NCBI RefSeq assembly: GCF_009834535.1 | Contig: NC_045697.1 | Coordinates: 108,626,001-108,690,000, forward strand | Direction of reading: 5' to 3' | Source of the DNA: Camelus ferus | Taxonomy: Eukaryota | DNA length: 64,000 bases | Part shown: piece after piece, positions 38,401-51,562 of the stretch | Layout of the letters: every line of letters begins with the position of its first letter | Numbering within the stretch: the stretch's first letter is position 1 | Made by a program: the position numbers and the translations under genes | Notes under the pieces: model-generated | Told to the model about the DNA's origin: nothing | What the model saw: the letters and a program-made list of their open reading frames with translations, nothing else | Databases searched by the model: none

Positions 38401-41169
38401 AAACAGTAAAACCACCAATAAAACAAAGCTAATAAGTCAGAATATAGTCTTGTTTTTATACCATATCAAATTAATTCTGTATCTGTGAAGAAACTATTAC
38501 TTTTGACCCAGACTTTCATGGGGATAGTAAGACATGTTTTAGGGTAGATATTGAGGTTAAATAATTTAAACTACCACTGTTTCTTGCTAAAGGAATGAGA
38601 AGATAAAGAGAAGCCAACAAAATCAGAAATAATCTTATATAATTCCTGGCAAAATTTTCATAATAGTAGTTTTCAACTGGGTGCAATACTATCCCCTTAA
38701 TAACTGTTGACGATGCTTTCTGAATCAGTAATTATACACAATTGTAGCACAATGGCATCATAATGGGGGAGGGGACCAGAAAAGCATGGGACTGTCTCAA
38801 GTCTTATCCAAAAAAAAAATACTAATGGCACCCTTACTGTCACATACTCCCTAGAGGATGGTGGAAAAGGTGATTGTGGGCAACAATGAAGAGTGCATTT
38901 GTTACCACTGTTAAATGTCAGTCTGAGAGGCCCAGATTTGCAGAACCTCCTGCTCAGGAAGGTGCAAGTGCTTATTATAAGTCAAACACCCATGCAGGCA
39001 GTCAGCTGCGATTTTAAACTGAGGTCTCCTGTGCTCCCTGAAGTATGAGGAAGGAAAAATGCAAAGCAGAAGACTTTCCTAGATATAGCAGGTAAGAAAT
39101 TTTCTCAATACTCATGAATGGGAAGTATATACACCAAGATATTCACTGCAGCATTTTTTTATACTAATAAACACTGGGAACAAGTTAAACATCCAGTAGT
39201 TAAATTATAACATACTTCACCATCTTGCTGGAAGAGTTAGAGATAAGTTTAACAGCTCTCTTGTTAATAAACACTAAGTTACACACTACAGTTTTGCAGA
39301 ATTATCAGAACAAAGAATTTTCATCTCTAAAGAATTCACCTTTCAAATAAAGTTGTATGAGTATACCCGTAGTACTAAATTCCTGGAAGTACATACAACT
39401 CCTGAGTCAAAGGCATATGCACCTTGTTTCTACAGATAATGTCAAATTGCTCTCCAAAAAGGCTGCATACATTTACACTCCCAACAACGGGGGAAGGAGC
39501 ATGAAAGAGTAATACAGATCTCTCCAATCACAGGTCAAGCCCAATAAGGTGCAAAAGCAGAACTAGACCTTTTGTAACTAAAAATACTTTACGAAAGCTA
39601 TGAGCTTGACCCAAGATGATGTTAAGGAGCAATTAAAGAAAATTCAAAAAAACAGTGATTGGGGAAAAAAAATGACACTTTCATGACTATACTCACTCAG
39701 TTCAGTCTATTTAGTAAAAAGGCTAACCTCACAAAATCCTTTTATATTATCTTTTGTTTAATTTTTAAATTATTTTTATATAAAGAGTGACGCAATGAAC
39801 ATTTGTTCTTTGGTTTTTTGGGGTTTTTTTGGTTAATTAGAAAGTTGTTGCAACATAATTATCCATCTTTCCCCTCACCAATATGAAATGCTGCCTGCGA
39901 TAAACACCTATGTATATCAGGGTCTCTTTTTCAATACTTTTTATTTCACCCTAGAGTGTTTTATCTACTATCATTTCATGATACTTCTCAATAAGCACAC
40001 CTAGAGGCTTCAGAATGCAAAGCTTCTTAAAGGACTAATCCAGAAAATAAAGTCTGGAATTCTATTATTTCTGTTGAAAAAGAAGTTGGCATGATTTCTC
40101 TCTCCTTTTTTTCATCAAATGCAACATGGATATAGCAGGGAGGCCAGGAGCTTGGAAACACCTAGATTAGCATCAGGACCCTGCGCTGGTTGCATGATCC
40201 TGGGCAATTACTTAAATTTTCTGATCTTCCATTGTTTTCACCTATAAACAAAGTCCAAACATCTGCACATTGTTTCCTTTTTCCCATTTATATCCCCTTC
40301 TCTCTTTTTCTAAGTATAGGTAATCACATTTCAAGTGGATACACATCTTAGAGAAATTATCCTGCAGGAAAAAAAAAATGAGAATGTTCTCAATGTACTA
40401 TTATGAAAAGATTTCTAGGGCAAACTGAAATTTTCTTAAAAAAATCTATATACTATGCTCTCTTTTCTATGTAATGGGAGAGAATACCATTGTGTGTTTG
40501 TATTTGTCTGCTTGTGTATATGCATAAAGACATTCTTGAAATTATTTTTAAGTAGATGTAAAAATATTTCCTTTTTAACAATTTCAGACATGTCAAAAGG
40601 GGAAAAAGATTGACTTTATCTGGATTAAAAAAAAAAAAAAAAACCTGAGGCCTCAGGAAAAAAAACAGCATTGAACAGAAAATGAATGATTTGAATGAGT
40701 TCCACATATCAAAGGCTGACTCAAATGAGGTGCTTTTTCACATTATATGAAAATGAATGTCTCTGTTTGACATTATGGTCAAATCCAGAAAAAAAATTCT
40801 TTATTTTACAATAATGCTTCTCTTTACTCTAATAGTTGCCTTTCTAAAATTCTCCAGACTATCTATCTACTTATCTATCTCTTTGGTTCGTAAATGAAGT
40901 TTTCATTAAAAATTTAAATCATTGTAAAATGAATTCAACTGATGAATATATTGTCTGCATAATCTATCATTTATATGTAGCACATACTTTAGACATAGTA
41001 AACTACATAACAATGGAAAAGAAGGGTGGAAAGGAAAGTAGCAAAGACTTTTAATGCAAACTAGGCATCTTCTATTTTGTTGTACAAGCAATAGGGAGCC
41101 ACTGAAAGTTTTGACAAGAATAAGGAATGACATGAAGAAAGTAATGTTTTTGAAGAATGAATGTAATCA

Positions 41170-41640
41170 CAAAAACTAGATTATTCATAATAGCCAAAAA
41201 TTGGAGAAAATCAAAATGTCCATCAACTGAAGAATGAATAAACAAAATGTGGTATCACCATACAGTGGAATATTATTCAGTCATAAAAAGAGTGAAGTGT
41301 TGATGCATGGTTCAACACAGAAGAACCTTGAACATTATGCTAAGTGAAAAAGGCCAAATATAAAAGGCCATATATTGTATGATTCCACTTATATGAAACG
41401 TCCAAAATAGGCAAATTCATAGAAATAGGAAGTAGATTTGTGGTTGCCAGGGAACTGGGAAGAGGGGAGATGGGAAGGGACTGTTAATGGGCTTGGGGTT
41501 TCTTCCTGAGGTGATGAGAATGATAAAGCATTCAATAGTAGTGATGGGTGCAAAACTTCATGGATAAACTAAACCCCACTAAAATGTATACTCTGAAAGG
41601 GTAAATTTTCTGGCATGTGAATTATATCTCAACAACACAA
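41170..41640 (+). mobile_element. L1MB-like 3' UTR
   Basis: ttattcataatagccaaaaattgga, atgctaagtgaaaaaggcca, gtggttgccaggg, atgtgaattatatctcaa. Confidence 0.85.
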
Positions 41641-42257
41641 AAAAGCTGGGTGTGCATTGTGTAAAACACTGCCAGCAAAAATAGAAAGCAACTATATTGG
41701 TTTAGCAATGAATACGTAAAGGCCATCAGGGCTTCTATTGTTAAGCCCATCTAGGGAGCACCATTCAGATAACCAGACTCCACAGAGGACCTCTCACAGG
41801 GTCCCCATGGTGGAATACAGCCTGGGACTCTGAATGAGTAAATGTAAGCAAAGGGGCAAAAGGACTGTCAATAACAATAAATATATGAATATGAGGAGCA
41901 AGGAAATAAGACAAAAAGGAATCTCTTTTCTCTTTAATTTAAAATGAAACATTCATGAAGAGGAAATTCAACAGAATTCAATATTTATCATCTTTGGATT
42001 AAGAAATAAAGGCAATCTGTAGTCTCTTACCCAGACTTTTTCAAATTTTCAACAATAAGCTTACCTGTATGAGGAAAATGTATAAAAATGTATTTGTCTT
42101 TATTAACAAAGTATTTTATATCTCAACCATAGAAACCATTCTGAAACACTCAATAGGTTAGGTCAACCTATTAGAGTCAAGCATTGTTAAAGCCAATTTC
42201 TTGTGGAATCCATACACTACTGTCTTAATGGGAAAAGTAAAGTTCATAACCTACATC

Positions 42258-42555
42258 TTCACTGTCCAATATACCAGCCAAAAGCTAGTAAGCACTTGAC
42301 ATGTGGCTAAGTCTACACTGAGACGTGGTGTAAGTATAAAATATACTCCAGATCTCGGAGTTAGTACTAGAAAAAGAATCTAAAATATCTCCTTAATAAG
42401 TTTTCATAGTTTCATATTGATTACATGTTGAAATAATAATATTGTGATATATTAAATAAAATATATTAAAAATTAATGTCACCTGTTTCTCTTTAGTTTT
42501 TTCATATGGCTACTAGATATCCGGCTTGCATTATACTTCTATTGGACAATGTTGT
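42258..42555 (+). mobile_element. MER33/MER3-like hAT MITE
   Basis: Inverted termini cactgtccaata...tattggacaatg. The interior resembles the ends of the Charlie element at 31775-34263. Confidence 0.75.
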
Positions 42556-43194
42556 GTTAAGTGGCAGCTAAAAGAGCTTTCTGAGAGCTTCATGAGTCCT
42601 CCCTTGGTTCCCTTTTTCTTGTGCTCCAGGAAGTAAGACTTTTCCCAGAGTGTTTCCTGCACTGGAAACCGCTGCACACAGCAAGCAACATGAAACAAGC
42701 AATAACCCTAAGATGTGACTAGGAGGGAAGTCTCTCATGCATCCTAAAATTCAAATTGTACTATGAATCTTAAGAAAAAACTGAGATGAGTACATTCTGG
42801 GATTCTCTTGGGGGTTAAGACTATCTTAAGTTAACAGGTGAAAAGCTTCAGACCGTAACAATGTGAAATTGTTTAGAAGCCTGGAACTTCTAGCTGAAAA
42901 CTGCTTCTGTTGATGGGCCTTACAAAGACAGTGGACTTGGAAGCTGTACACGCACACATATGGGGTAGGAGAGCCAACTCTGAGTAAGTGGCAAAAAAAT
43001 ACCTAGGCAAAGCAGAAGTCAAGAACATCCCAGAACAGTATTCAGAAAGCTTCAAGGACAATCATTTTACTCCCACACTGAAGGAATAAGCCTAAGACCT
43101 AAAAAGGAAATTATTTCTCTAAGAATGAGGGGGTCTGGAGAAAACCCCAAAATTAAGAATACTGTCTCCATAACCATTTTTTCTCACTTAAATA

Positions 43195-43405
43195 CCAGAA
43201 AATGCTAACTAATCTACAATAACAACAACAACAACAAAAACCAAATCAGTGATTGCCCAGGGATAAGGGACTGACTCTTTTGAGGCTGATGGAAATGTCT
43301 TCATTGTGGTAGTGTTTCCATGAATACAGTTGTCAAAACTTATCAAATGAAACCCTACATGGGTGCAGTTTACTGTATATATTATATCTCAATAAAGCTG
43401 ATTGC
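43195..43405 (+). mobile_element. Old L1 extreme 3' end
   Basis: atcagtgattgcccaggg...tgatggaaatgt...ttatatctcaataaagctga. Confidence 0.7.
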
Positions 43406-43832
43406 AAATAAGTAGGAAACAAACAAAAGCAATCACCATTTGCCCTGTGGTGGTCACAATGTAGCTGTCATTCCCTGGGCATGTGCAAATTTGGTCACTG
43501 ACAGTTTATATAACCATAACTTTTACTGAACTCTGTGTACTTTTGGTACACATGTCATGTTTACATCCCAATTTTTAATATCCTCTAAAAGATTACACTA
43601 TGATTCAGCATTAAAAAAAAATTGATGCTTGCAAAAAAGCACAGAAAGGCAGCAGTGGGGACTAAGTTTGATATTCATGAAGCAAATATTTGTGATTAGA
43701 TGAATGACCACAATTTCAATTTTTTTTGACGAGGCAATATCCAAGTACTTATAATGCACTCTATCATACTTTAAGCCAGCATTTTTCTTCCTTACTGACA
43801 AATAAAATAACAATTTGTCTTATAATTGATCA

Positions 43833-44331
43833 TGTGGTGGGCAGAATTCTAAGATGGCTCCCAAGATTTTAACACCCTGGTTTACACACCTTCTCAAAGT
43901 TATTCAACCAAATAGTAATCTAAATGCTGCTGTGAAAGGATTCTATCAATGTAATTAAAATCCCTAATAAGCTGACTTTAAATTACTGAGATTACTGTAG
44001 GTTGGCCTGACCTAAAAAAATCAGTTCTTATGAGAACACTGTCCTTAAATAGCAAACAGCCATGCTGTGAACTGTGCATACAGAAGGCCATGTGGGAACC
44101 TAAGCGTGGCCTCCAGGAGCCTCTAGGGGAGTGTCTGTTACTCCCAGCCAGTGAACCACAAACTGAGCCTGGGAGAGGACTGTGAGCCTCAGATGAGCTC
44201 GCAGCACTGGCTGACACTTTGATTTCTGTCTGGTAAGACTCAGAGGACAGGACCCTGCTAACCACGCCCAGACTCCTGATGGACAGTGACTGTGAGGTGA
44301 GCTGCTAAAGCAGCAATGGAAAACTAACACA
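43833..44331 (+). mobile_element. Solo MaLR LTR (MLT1E/F-like)
   Basis: tgtggtgggcagaattctaagatggctccc ... cagcaatggaaaactaacaca, with TG..CA ends. No clear TSD. Confidence 0.8.
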
Positions 44332-44974
44332 GAAGGCTTCTTAGATTTGAGGAAATATGGTTTATATTATTTCTCTTAAAGGCTGCTGATATGCTCCATC
44401 ATCAGTACAATTTCTCACACTTCACATTATTATGAGTGATGTGATTCAATTTCACAAGGCAGCAGGATGAGGTAATACTACTCTCAAAATTTTACAGGTA
44501 AAAAACTTTAGAACATATAATAATTTGTTTCCTCCAGCAACTGGGCATACAATTTAGCATATTTGCCTCTGTCTTTCTAAACCAATATCATTCCAAAAAT
44601 AAATAAATAAGTAAAAATCTTAGTCCTTATCCATTTCAAAAGGAATGAAAATAAAGTTGAATGTGTGGTAAGAAAAGCTAATTTTGAGATCTAGCAAGGC
44701 CATATAATTTGAGGCAATCATCTAGTTTCTAAGAACTTCAGGGAACTCAGCTATTAAAAGAAGGACTAGTGGAAATTTAAATCAAGTCTGGAGCCTAATT
44801 AATAGCAGAAAAATATACAGACATATATACAGACACAAATGGATAATGACATGCTCTGCCAACCTTATAGAGTGTATAATTAAATGCCATTGCAAATGGC
44901 CTGCACTTCAATAGACCTTGTGTGCCAGGCACTGTTCTGCAAATAATATATGAAATAAATATATAGAAAACAAC

Positions 44975-45225
44975 TGTAGTATAGAATAGTGACTAGGATC
45001 TCAGGCTACAGAACCAGACTGCCTGGATACAATCCCAGGTCCATTACTAAGAAAAGGTGAGATCTCGAGCATGTTTAACTCCTCTATGCCAAATTTTCAA
45101 CTATAAAACAGGGGCATTAACAATGCTTACCTCAGAGGGCTACAGTGAGGACTGAATGAGTTAATACATACAAAGCACACAGAAGAGTGCCAGGCACATA
45201 TTAAGCACTCAAATGCTGACATCAA
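44975..45225 (+). mobile_element. MIR SINE
   Basis: ccagactgcctggatacaatcccagg, cttacctcagagggctacagtgaggactgaatgagttaatacat, gtgccaggcacatattaagcactcaa. Confidence 0.8.
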
Positions 45226-46031
45226 TATTGTTTTCATAATAGTGCCATATTAATATTCACTTCTAAGAAAGGCAAACTGTGCATCTATGGAGGATACTAA
45301 CGGACTGTCCCCCTGGGATGGCTTTTACTTTTATTGTATGAATTTGCCAGGGCACTGTTAAAATTTGTTACTGTGTTTTTTACCTTAGTGAAATGTTTAT
45401 GGGTTCAAGTACTGTATCTATTTCTGTGTTAAAAATCTAATTGAAACTTATATGGAAACATTAGACACTGACATTCTAGGGCTTTGCTATGCAAAATAGA
45501 GTTTTGAGGACCACCAATTCAGCATCCCCCAGCTGCTTGTTAAAAATGAACAATCCCAGAAGACACAGTACATTTGGCCAATATACTTTATGTTTCTTTT
45601 CCATGGGAGGGATAATATTTCAAGCTTTTTTTCTTCCTTTAATACTCAGTTCTTCCTTTTCTGTGCCTGTAAGGCTCCTGGATGCTATTCAGTCTTTTTA
45701 TAGCAGGTGCAACACTATTTTTCAAAATTTTTTAAAAATCAAATAACATTATCTAGGCCATAGAAGCCTTTTACAAATGTACTTTTATGCAAATCAGATA
45801 CTAGGAGGCAATATTCAAATCCAAATAAATGTTGCTTTAAAGCTCATGTTGCTTTATAACCCCAAAATGGTACAAGTCAAGAGGGAGGAGTAGTTAACCA
45901 ATGCAACATGAAAAACTGATGTCTAAGATTGGGTATTGCTAATTAAGGTTACAAGTTCAAAGCCTTAATCTTTATACGCAAGTACTTGAACTTCTGAAAT
46001 AAGTGGTTTGCATCACCTCATTAGTACAGTA

Positions 46032-46208
46032 CATTGGTTCTCAAATTTTGGTCCCCCAATCATCAGTATCACTTGTGAACATGTAAGACTTATACTCCTG
46101 GGTCTCTCCCCAGACCTGCTGAATCAAATACCAGGTTTGGGGACCAGCATCTATGGTCCTACAAGCCCCCAGATGATCCTGATGCTTGCTAAATTGTGGG
46201 AACTACTG
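46032..46208. mobile_element. MER5-like hAT MITE
   Basis: cattggttctcaaa...ccccagacctgctgaatcaaa...caagcccccagatgatcctgatgc...gggaactactg. Confidence 0.75.
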
Positions 46209-47679
46209 GAATAGTGGTTCAGGCACAGTACATTTATGCTGAGTTTTTCATCACTAGTTTGAATGTAATTCTGCCTGGTCAAGTATGAAAATGTATGAAT
46301 GTTGGAAATAGGACACAAAAATAAGGAAACCCAACATGTATGCCTGCAAATAAGTGCATCTATGACCAATTATAAAGAATTATGTGATTTAAAGCTGATG
46401 TAATTCAAGGTACTGCACATTTACTTGATTGTCTACTATGTATGTTTGCAGAATTATTTATAAATTTTCTATAACCTTAAACTTTTTACAAAATTATAAG
46501 TATGCAAGCTTACAAGGTAGAAATAAAACCTGTTTGCCTGGAGAGAGAAAAAAAGAAAAGAAAGGCAACCTGTGGTAGATAATGTGAAAGAACAGTAAGG
46601 AGCCTAAGACTTAGACTCCTAAAGTCTTGACATAATTATTCGACTCCCTGTACCCCAACCCTGAATTCTTATTTACCAGAATTCATTTCATTTAGGCATT
46701 TTTAAAATTTACTAGAACATCATTCAGCACAGTGCTCTTAGTGTTTGCATGTAGCTTTAGCACTGAATTATAATTCTGGAAGGAGCAAAGTTCAAATGTA
46801 TATAACTACAGTTAGAAATACAGTATTTAAAACACAACCAAGAGGAAAGAGAAAATCTTCTATGAGACATTTTTAAAGACCAATATCCAGGTTTAGCTCT
46901 TTTTAAGGTAACAAAATAAAATTCAAAACTATTTAAATCTCTTAATGAACAAATAAAAATAACAGGGCACAGACGTCAAAACTATGTTCTCACTATATTT
47001 ATTAAATGTAAAACAACTATAAATAAACTAATTGAGTAAGGAATAGTCCCATACAAAGTATGGGGAGGAAGGAAAAATGAATTTTTTATTCTAATGACAA
47101 ACACTATCTCAGCAAACAAAAATAGTTTAAAAAACCACATAAGAAAAACACTCTGCTTGTACCCACTGACTTACTGTATATCTTAGAGACTAACAAGTGC
47201 TGCTTCCCAAATTTTCTGCTACCCCTTCCCAGCATGACAAACCGTACATTTCCAAATCTAAATAATATATTTCTGAGGCTTGTCCCCTAAATAAGAATCT
47301 CTTTCAAAAGATTTAACTCTAATGACAAAACACATTTTACACATAGAAAATAATTATTTATAAAACATCACTTTGCTCCCTAAGCCTTTAGATTTGACCT
47401 AGACAGGCTTCTTCTACTGCTAAAGATGTATCTGGGATGCCTGTCCTGATGGTGATACCAAGGGCAAGACTGAATTTAATTTAAAAAATGCAAATTACTG
47501 CAAGTTGGTTAAATTACAGGTTTAAATTTCATAATTATTTTGTATAAGAAAATAAACCTGGGAACTGCTTTCTCCATGAACCTGTTAATCTTCTTCCTTC
47601 TAACATCTGTATAGAATGAAATCCTATTATTTTCCCCTACTATTTCAGCACCAGAATTTTCAATACAAAACTCCTCCAC

Positions 47680-47854
47680 GGAAGGGGGAGGGTATAGCAC
47701 AGTGATAGTGTGTGCTTAACATGCACAAGGTCTTGGATTCAATCCCCAGTACCTCCATTAAGTAACAAACAAACAAACAAACAAACAAACAAACAAACTT
47801 AATTACCCTCTCCCAAAAATAAATAAATAAAAACACAAATTTCAAAAAAACCCA
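47680..47854 (+). mobile_element. tRNA-derived SINE (camelid Vic-1-like) with a 13-bp TSD and internal (AAAC)n
   Basis: ggggagggtatagcacagtgatagtgtg...ttggattcaatccccagtacctcca. TSD aaaactcctccac at 47667-47679 and 47855-47867. Confidence 0.9.
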
Positions 47855-47879
47855 AAAACTCCTCCACTGAAACTTAAGA

Positions 47880-48120
47880 GGCAGCAGCACGGTGACTAAA
47901 AGCATAACCACAGTCAGATGGATCTGGATTTGAATCCTAGTTCTGTGAATTCAAATTCCTAGCTATACATTCTTAGAAAATTCTCTGAATCAGTTCTTCT
48001 CCCATAAAACAGGCTTGTTAGTATCTATTTCATAGGGACTGCTGTGAGAAATGAATAACGTATGTAAATATCCTTAGCAGAGGGTCTGATATATTGCAAA
48101 CATTCAATAAGTGGTAACAA
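47880..48120 (+). mobile_element. MIR SINE
   Basis: agtcagatggatctggatttgaatcctagttctg, tcatagggactgctgtgagaaatgaataa, cattcaataagtggta. Confidence 0.75.
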
Positions 48121-48684
48121 TGATAATCAAAACAAATAATGATCAAATTATTAATTTATCAAATGATCAAATCTACACTTTTATCCTGTAGATTCTCAGC
48201 CCTCTCCTAGTTAATTCTTTATAAATAACTAGGGGCAGCTCTGAGGTATAAAATCAATCATCAACAAAAGAAAAAGAGACCTAATAGGCAACTTTGCCAC
48301 CCTCCTCTCCTGCTTCAACAGCCTCAGTCATTATCCATATTTGAGAGTAAATATATACTCACTCTGCTTGGGCCCAAATGCAGAGGAGATCAGAGGCCAT
48401 ATTTAACACCTGTACTTAATGATAGTTCATCCATGACGTAGACTGATACCACACATTCATCTTTCCAACAAGCTCAACATGAGAATGGGGACTTAGGTGG
48501 AAAAGAAATCAACCAAAAGCATCTTTCAGGAAGTACCTGTTGGATCAAAAGTCTCATTGCTGAGTCAAGAAGAAGGTCACCTTAATGCATCACATGTACC
48601 AAAAGAATAGGCTGTTTTATACTTTCTAGAAATGAAGGGAAAAGTTCACATGAAATCTCTATCAACTTTTGTGACTGTCTTCTA

Positions 48685-49150
48685 ATTCATTTAATAAATA
48701 TTTTTTGAACACCTTTGGACTGACACTACACTAAGCACTTGGATACAAAGTGACAAGATAATAATATTCTCCTCTTGCAGAGCCTATTAGAAAATCGTTC
48801 CCTTTTTTCTTTTCTTTCTCTCTCATTCATTGGTTGACTTACTATATGCCACTATGTGGCAGCAAATGTTAGGCATTTAGGGGAGGAGAGATTCACTAAA
48901 AAGATAAATAAGATAGAACCATTGTCCTCAAAGAACTGACAGGCTAGTAGAAGAGAAAAATACAAATACCTATGTTAAGTGCTATGAAAGCCACATAGAT
49001 ACCGTGGGTAGCCAGAAGAAAAAACAACTCACATTAACCAGGAAAGGCTTTCTAAAGAAGATGGTATTTAAATAGAGTCTTAAGGGATAAATGTTTCACA
49101 GATGAAAGGAAAACAGTACTCCAGACAGAGGAAATAGCCAGGTGCAGACA
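48685..49150 (-). mobile_element. L2 fragments
   Basis: ttcatttaataaatattttttgaacacct, cattgtcctcaaagaactgacaggctagt, ggaaaggctttctaaagaagatggtatt. Confidence 0.6.
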
Positions 49151-49171
49151 CATACATGAAAGTATACACAT

Positions 49172-49172
<1 letters not shown>

Positions 49173-49210
<38 letters not shown>
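49173..49210. repeat. (CA)n microsatellite
   Basis: Perfect CA run seen directly. Confidence 0.97.
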
Positions 49211-49214
<4 letters not shown>

Positions 49215-50145
49215 GCATTAAATATATACATGTTACATACAAATGGAGATACAGTCAGTTTTTAGATGGAAGCAGTCATTTGAATTACAACACAGAAAAT
49301 GATGCAATTGACTACTTTTTCAATTCTCCCAAAGAATTGGAAACTAACACTATACATAAGAGAAAAGCTGGTTCATTCCAATTCCAGCCTTAGAGCCTTG
49401 GCACTTACACCTTTCCCCAAAATTAAGGGATAGTGCAAGGAGGTTTGAATGCTAGGTTAAATCTGGACTAGAAAAGGCTCTCCCTTAAGCAAAGTATCAA
49501 TTCAGGTAGGAAAATAAAGGAAAATAGCAAGGGTATCAAATTAGAAGCTCCTTAAATGGACAGGGTTCAATTTTAAACAGTAGGAAAAAAATTAATTCCT
49601 CAGTGAGTAATAAAACTTGAAGGAAGAAAGGGAAATCAGACATGATGCAAGGTTTCTCCCAATGATCATTCTATTAACATTGATACTTGCTTTTTCCATT
49701 AGTGTGTACTTGACTTTACAAATATTTACATATCATGGTACTCACATTCTGTAAGCCCCCTAACTCTTGCTATACTTTCACGTGAATAGTTTGCCATTTA
49801 AAAAAATTAAGTCAGGTGGGTGGGGTAAATAAAAAATAAAAAATAAAAAAATTTGAAAAAATTAAAAATTAAAGATCAGTAAAATCTATCTAGAAATCCT
49901 TCCTAGCTTCTGAATAATAAGTATAAATACTTTTACTTTTTGAGTAATTGCCTTATCATCTAAAAAAAATCATGAAATCTGTTAATTTTCCTTTATGTCT
50001 ATGTTTTAAAATGTGGGTTAGAGGCTTATCCATGTCTATGCTTTATCTTTATCAATAATCAGTATTTACACACAATCTAACTGGTAAAGTACCTTATACT
50101 ACAAAGGAAGTAATCAAATGAGAAACAGAGAATTTAATGATGGAG

Positions 50146-50312
50146 CAAGGTTTCTCAACCAGATGACACTTCATAGTGGGGTGCTGTCCTGTACAAGGTT
50201 TACACCTGGCCCCTACCAACTAGACACCAGCAGCACCCTCACACACACCTCTCCCCTGGCTGTGACCATCAAAAACATCTCCGGATGTTTCCAAATGTTC
50301 CCTGGAGCCACT
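50146..50312 (+). mobile_element. MER20-like hAT MITE
   Basis: ggtttctcaacc, ggggtgctgtcctgtac, cctggcccctaccaactaga, tgtgaccatcaaaaacatctccgga. Confidence 0.75.
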
Positions 50313-50520
50313 GCTGTGTGCCAGGCAATGTTCTGTGCTTCTCATTTATTATCTCATTTAATCTAACAATACAGTATCCATGAAATAGTTGTTATTTCCC
50401 CAGCTTAACAAATAAAGAAACTAAGGCCAAGAAAATTAAACAACTTGCCAAGAGTCACATAACCAACAAGTGTGGCAGCCCGTACCGAACCCACACAACG
50501 GGGCTTCAGTCCCTGCTCTA
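50313..50520 (-). mobile_element. MIR SINE
   Basis: tgtgtgccaggcaatgttc, tctcatttaatc, aaataaagaaactaaggcc, aacttgccaagagtcaca. Similar MIRs lie near 51690-51900 and 53790-53950. Confidence 0.75.
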
Positions 50521-51429
50521 GTCACCGTTCTGTTGTCTCTTATTAATGCCTCAGCCTTTTTCATGTGACACTTGAAAAGTAATATTTTGAATCTTATCTG
50601 AAAATAAAAAAATAAAATTATCCACACAAGAGGAATTTAAATTAAAAGACTCCCAACCTCAATTCAGGATAAACTAACAAGTATTTTTTAAGCACTGACT
50701 GTATGTATGCCCAGTACCAACTTTAGGAACTAGAGTGATTCAAAGAAAAAAAAACTACATTTATTAAGGATTTGGCTCAAGACCTTTTCCACACATTACC
50801 TCTCTGAAGTCTCACAACATCCCTGTGAGGTAGGTATTACCTTTTTTTTCAAGTGAGGAAGCTAAGGCTCAGAATAGAAGGTAATCCCTGACCTAAGAAG
50901 GCTTACAATTTAATTGAAGAGACAAGAAAAATATATATTTTTTAAAGACAGAGAATAAGTAAGTTAAATATCTCAGTTAACAACACACAGAGGGTGAGAA
51001 ATACAACACAGCAGAAAGAAAGAATACAGTTAGATTAGAGACGGAATACTTCTTAAAAGAAGTTGCTACTATTGCCTCTTAGGAAAGGAAACAAATGAGC
51101 AAAAGTGATAAGCTGGGGAGGAGAAACACATCTGAAAACAACAAGAAACAGAAGCGTGGGGACTGAAATGTAAGCTTTGTGATAGCCAATGCAAGCAGCA
51201 ACTCAGGGAAATGATGAGGAGTGATACGTGCCTTAAAATTCAGATGGAGCAGTAGCTGGAGATGAGACTAGCTCTGTGCTTTTAGGGCGCTCCTGCCACA
51301 AACACTCTCAAGCATAACTACAGGAATGAACAAAAAAGATCTAAAGGTGAAAGCTTACTAGGCTGGTTAATGGAGGCTTAGACATATGGAGTCAAACACC
51401 AAAATTCATAAGATGGGTGATGGGTCATC

Positions 51430-51562
51430 TACTTTGCTTTATGTATTTTGTCTCCCCCAGCCAGAATGAATGTAAGTTTCCAGAGGGCAGGGGGCTTTAT
51501 GTCCTGTTCACTTAGATCAATGCCTGTCACAGTAGGTGCTCAGTAAATGTCTGCTGCTGAAT
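51430..51562 (+). mobile_element. L2 3' end
   Basis: tgtctcccccag...tgtaagtttccagagggcaggg...tgcctgtcacagtaggtgctcagtaaatgtctgctgctgaat. Confidence 0.75.
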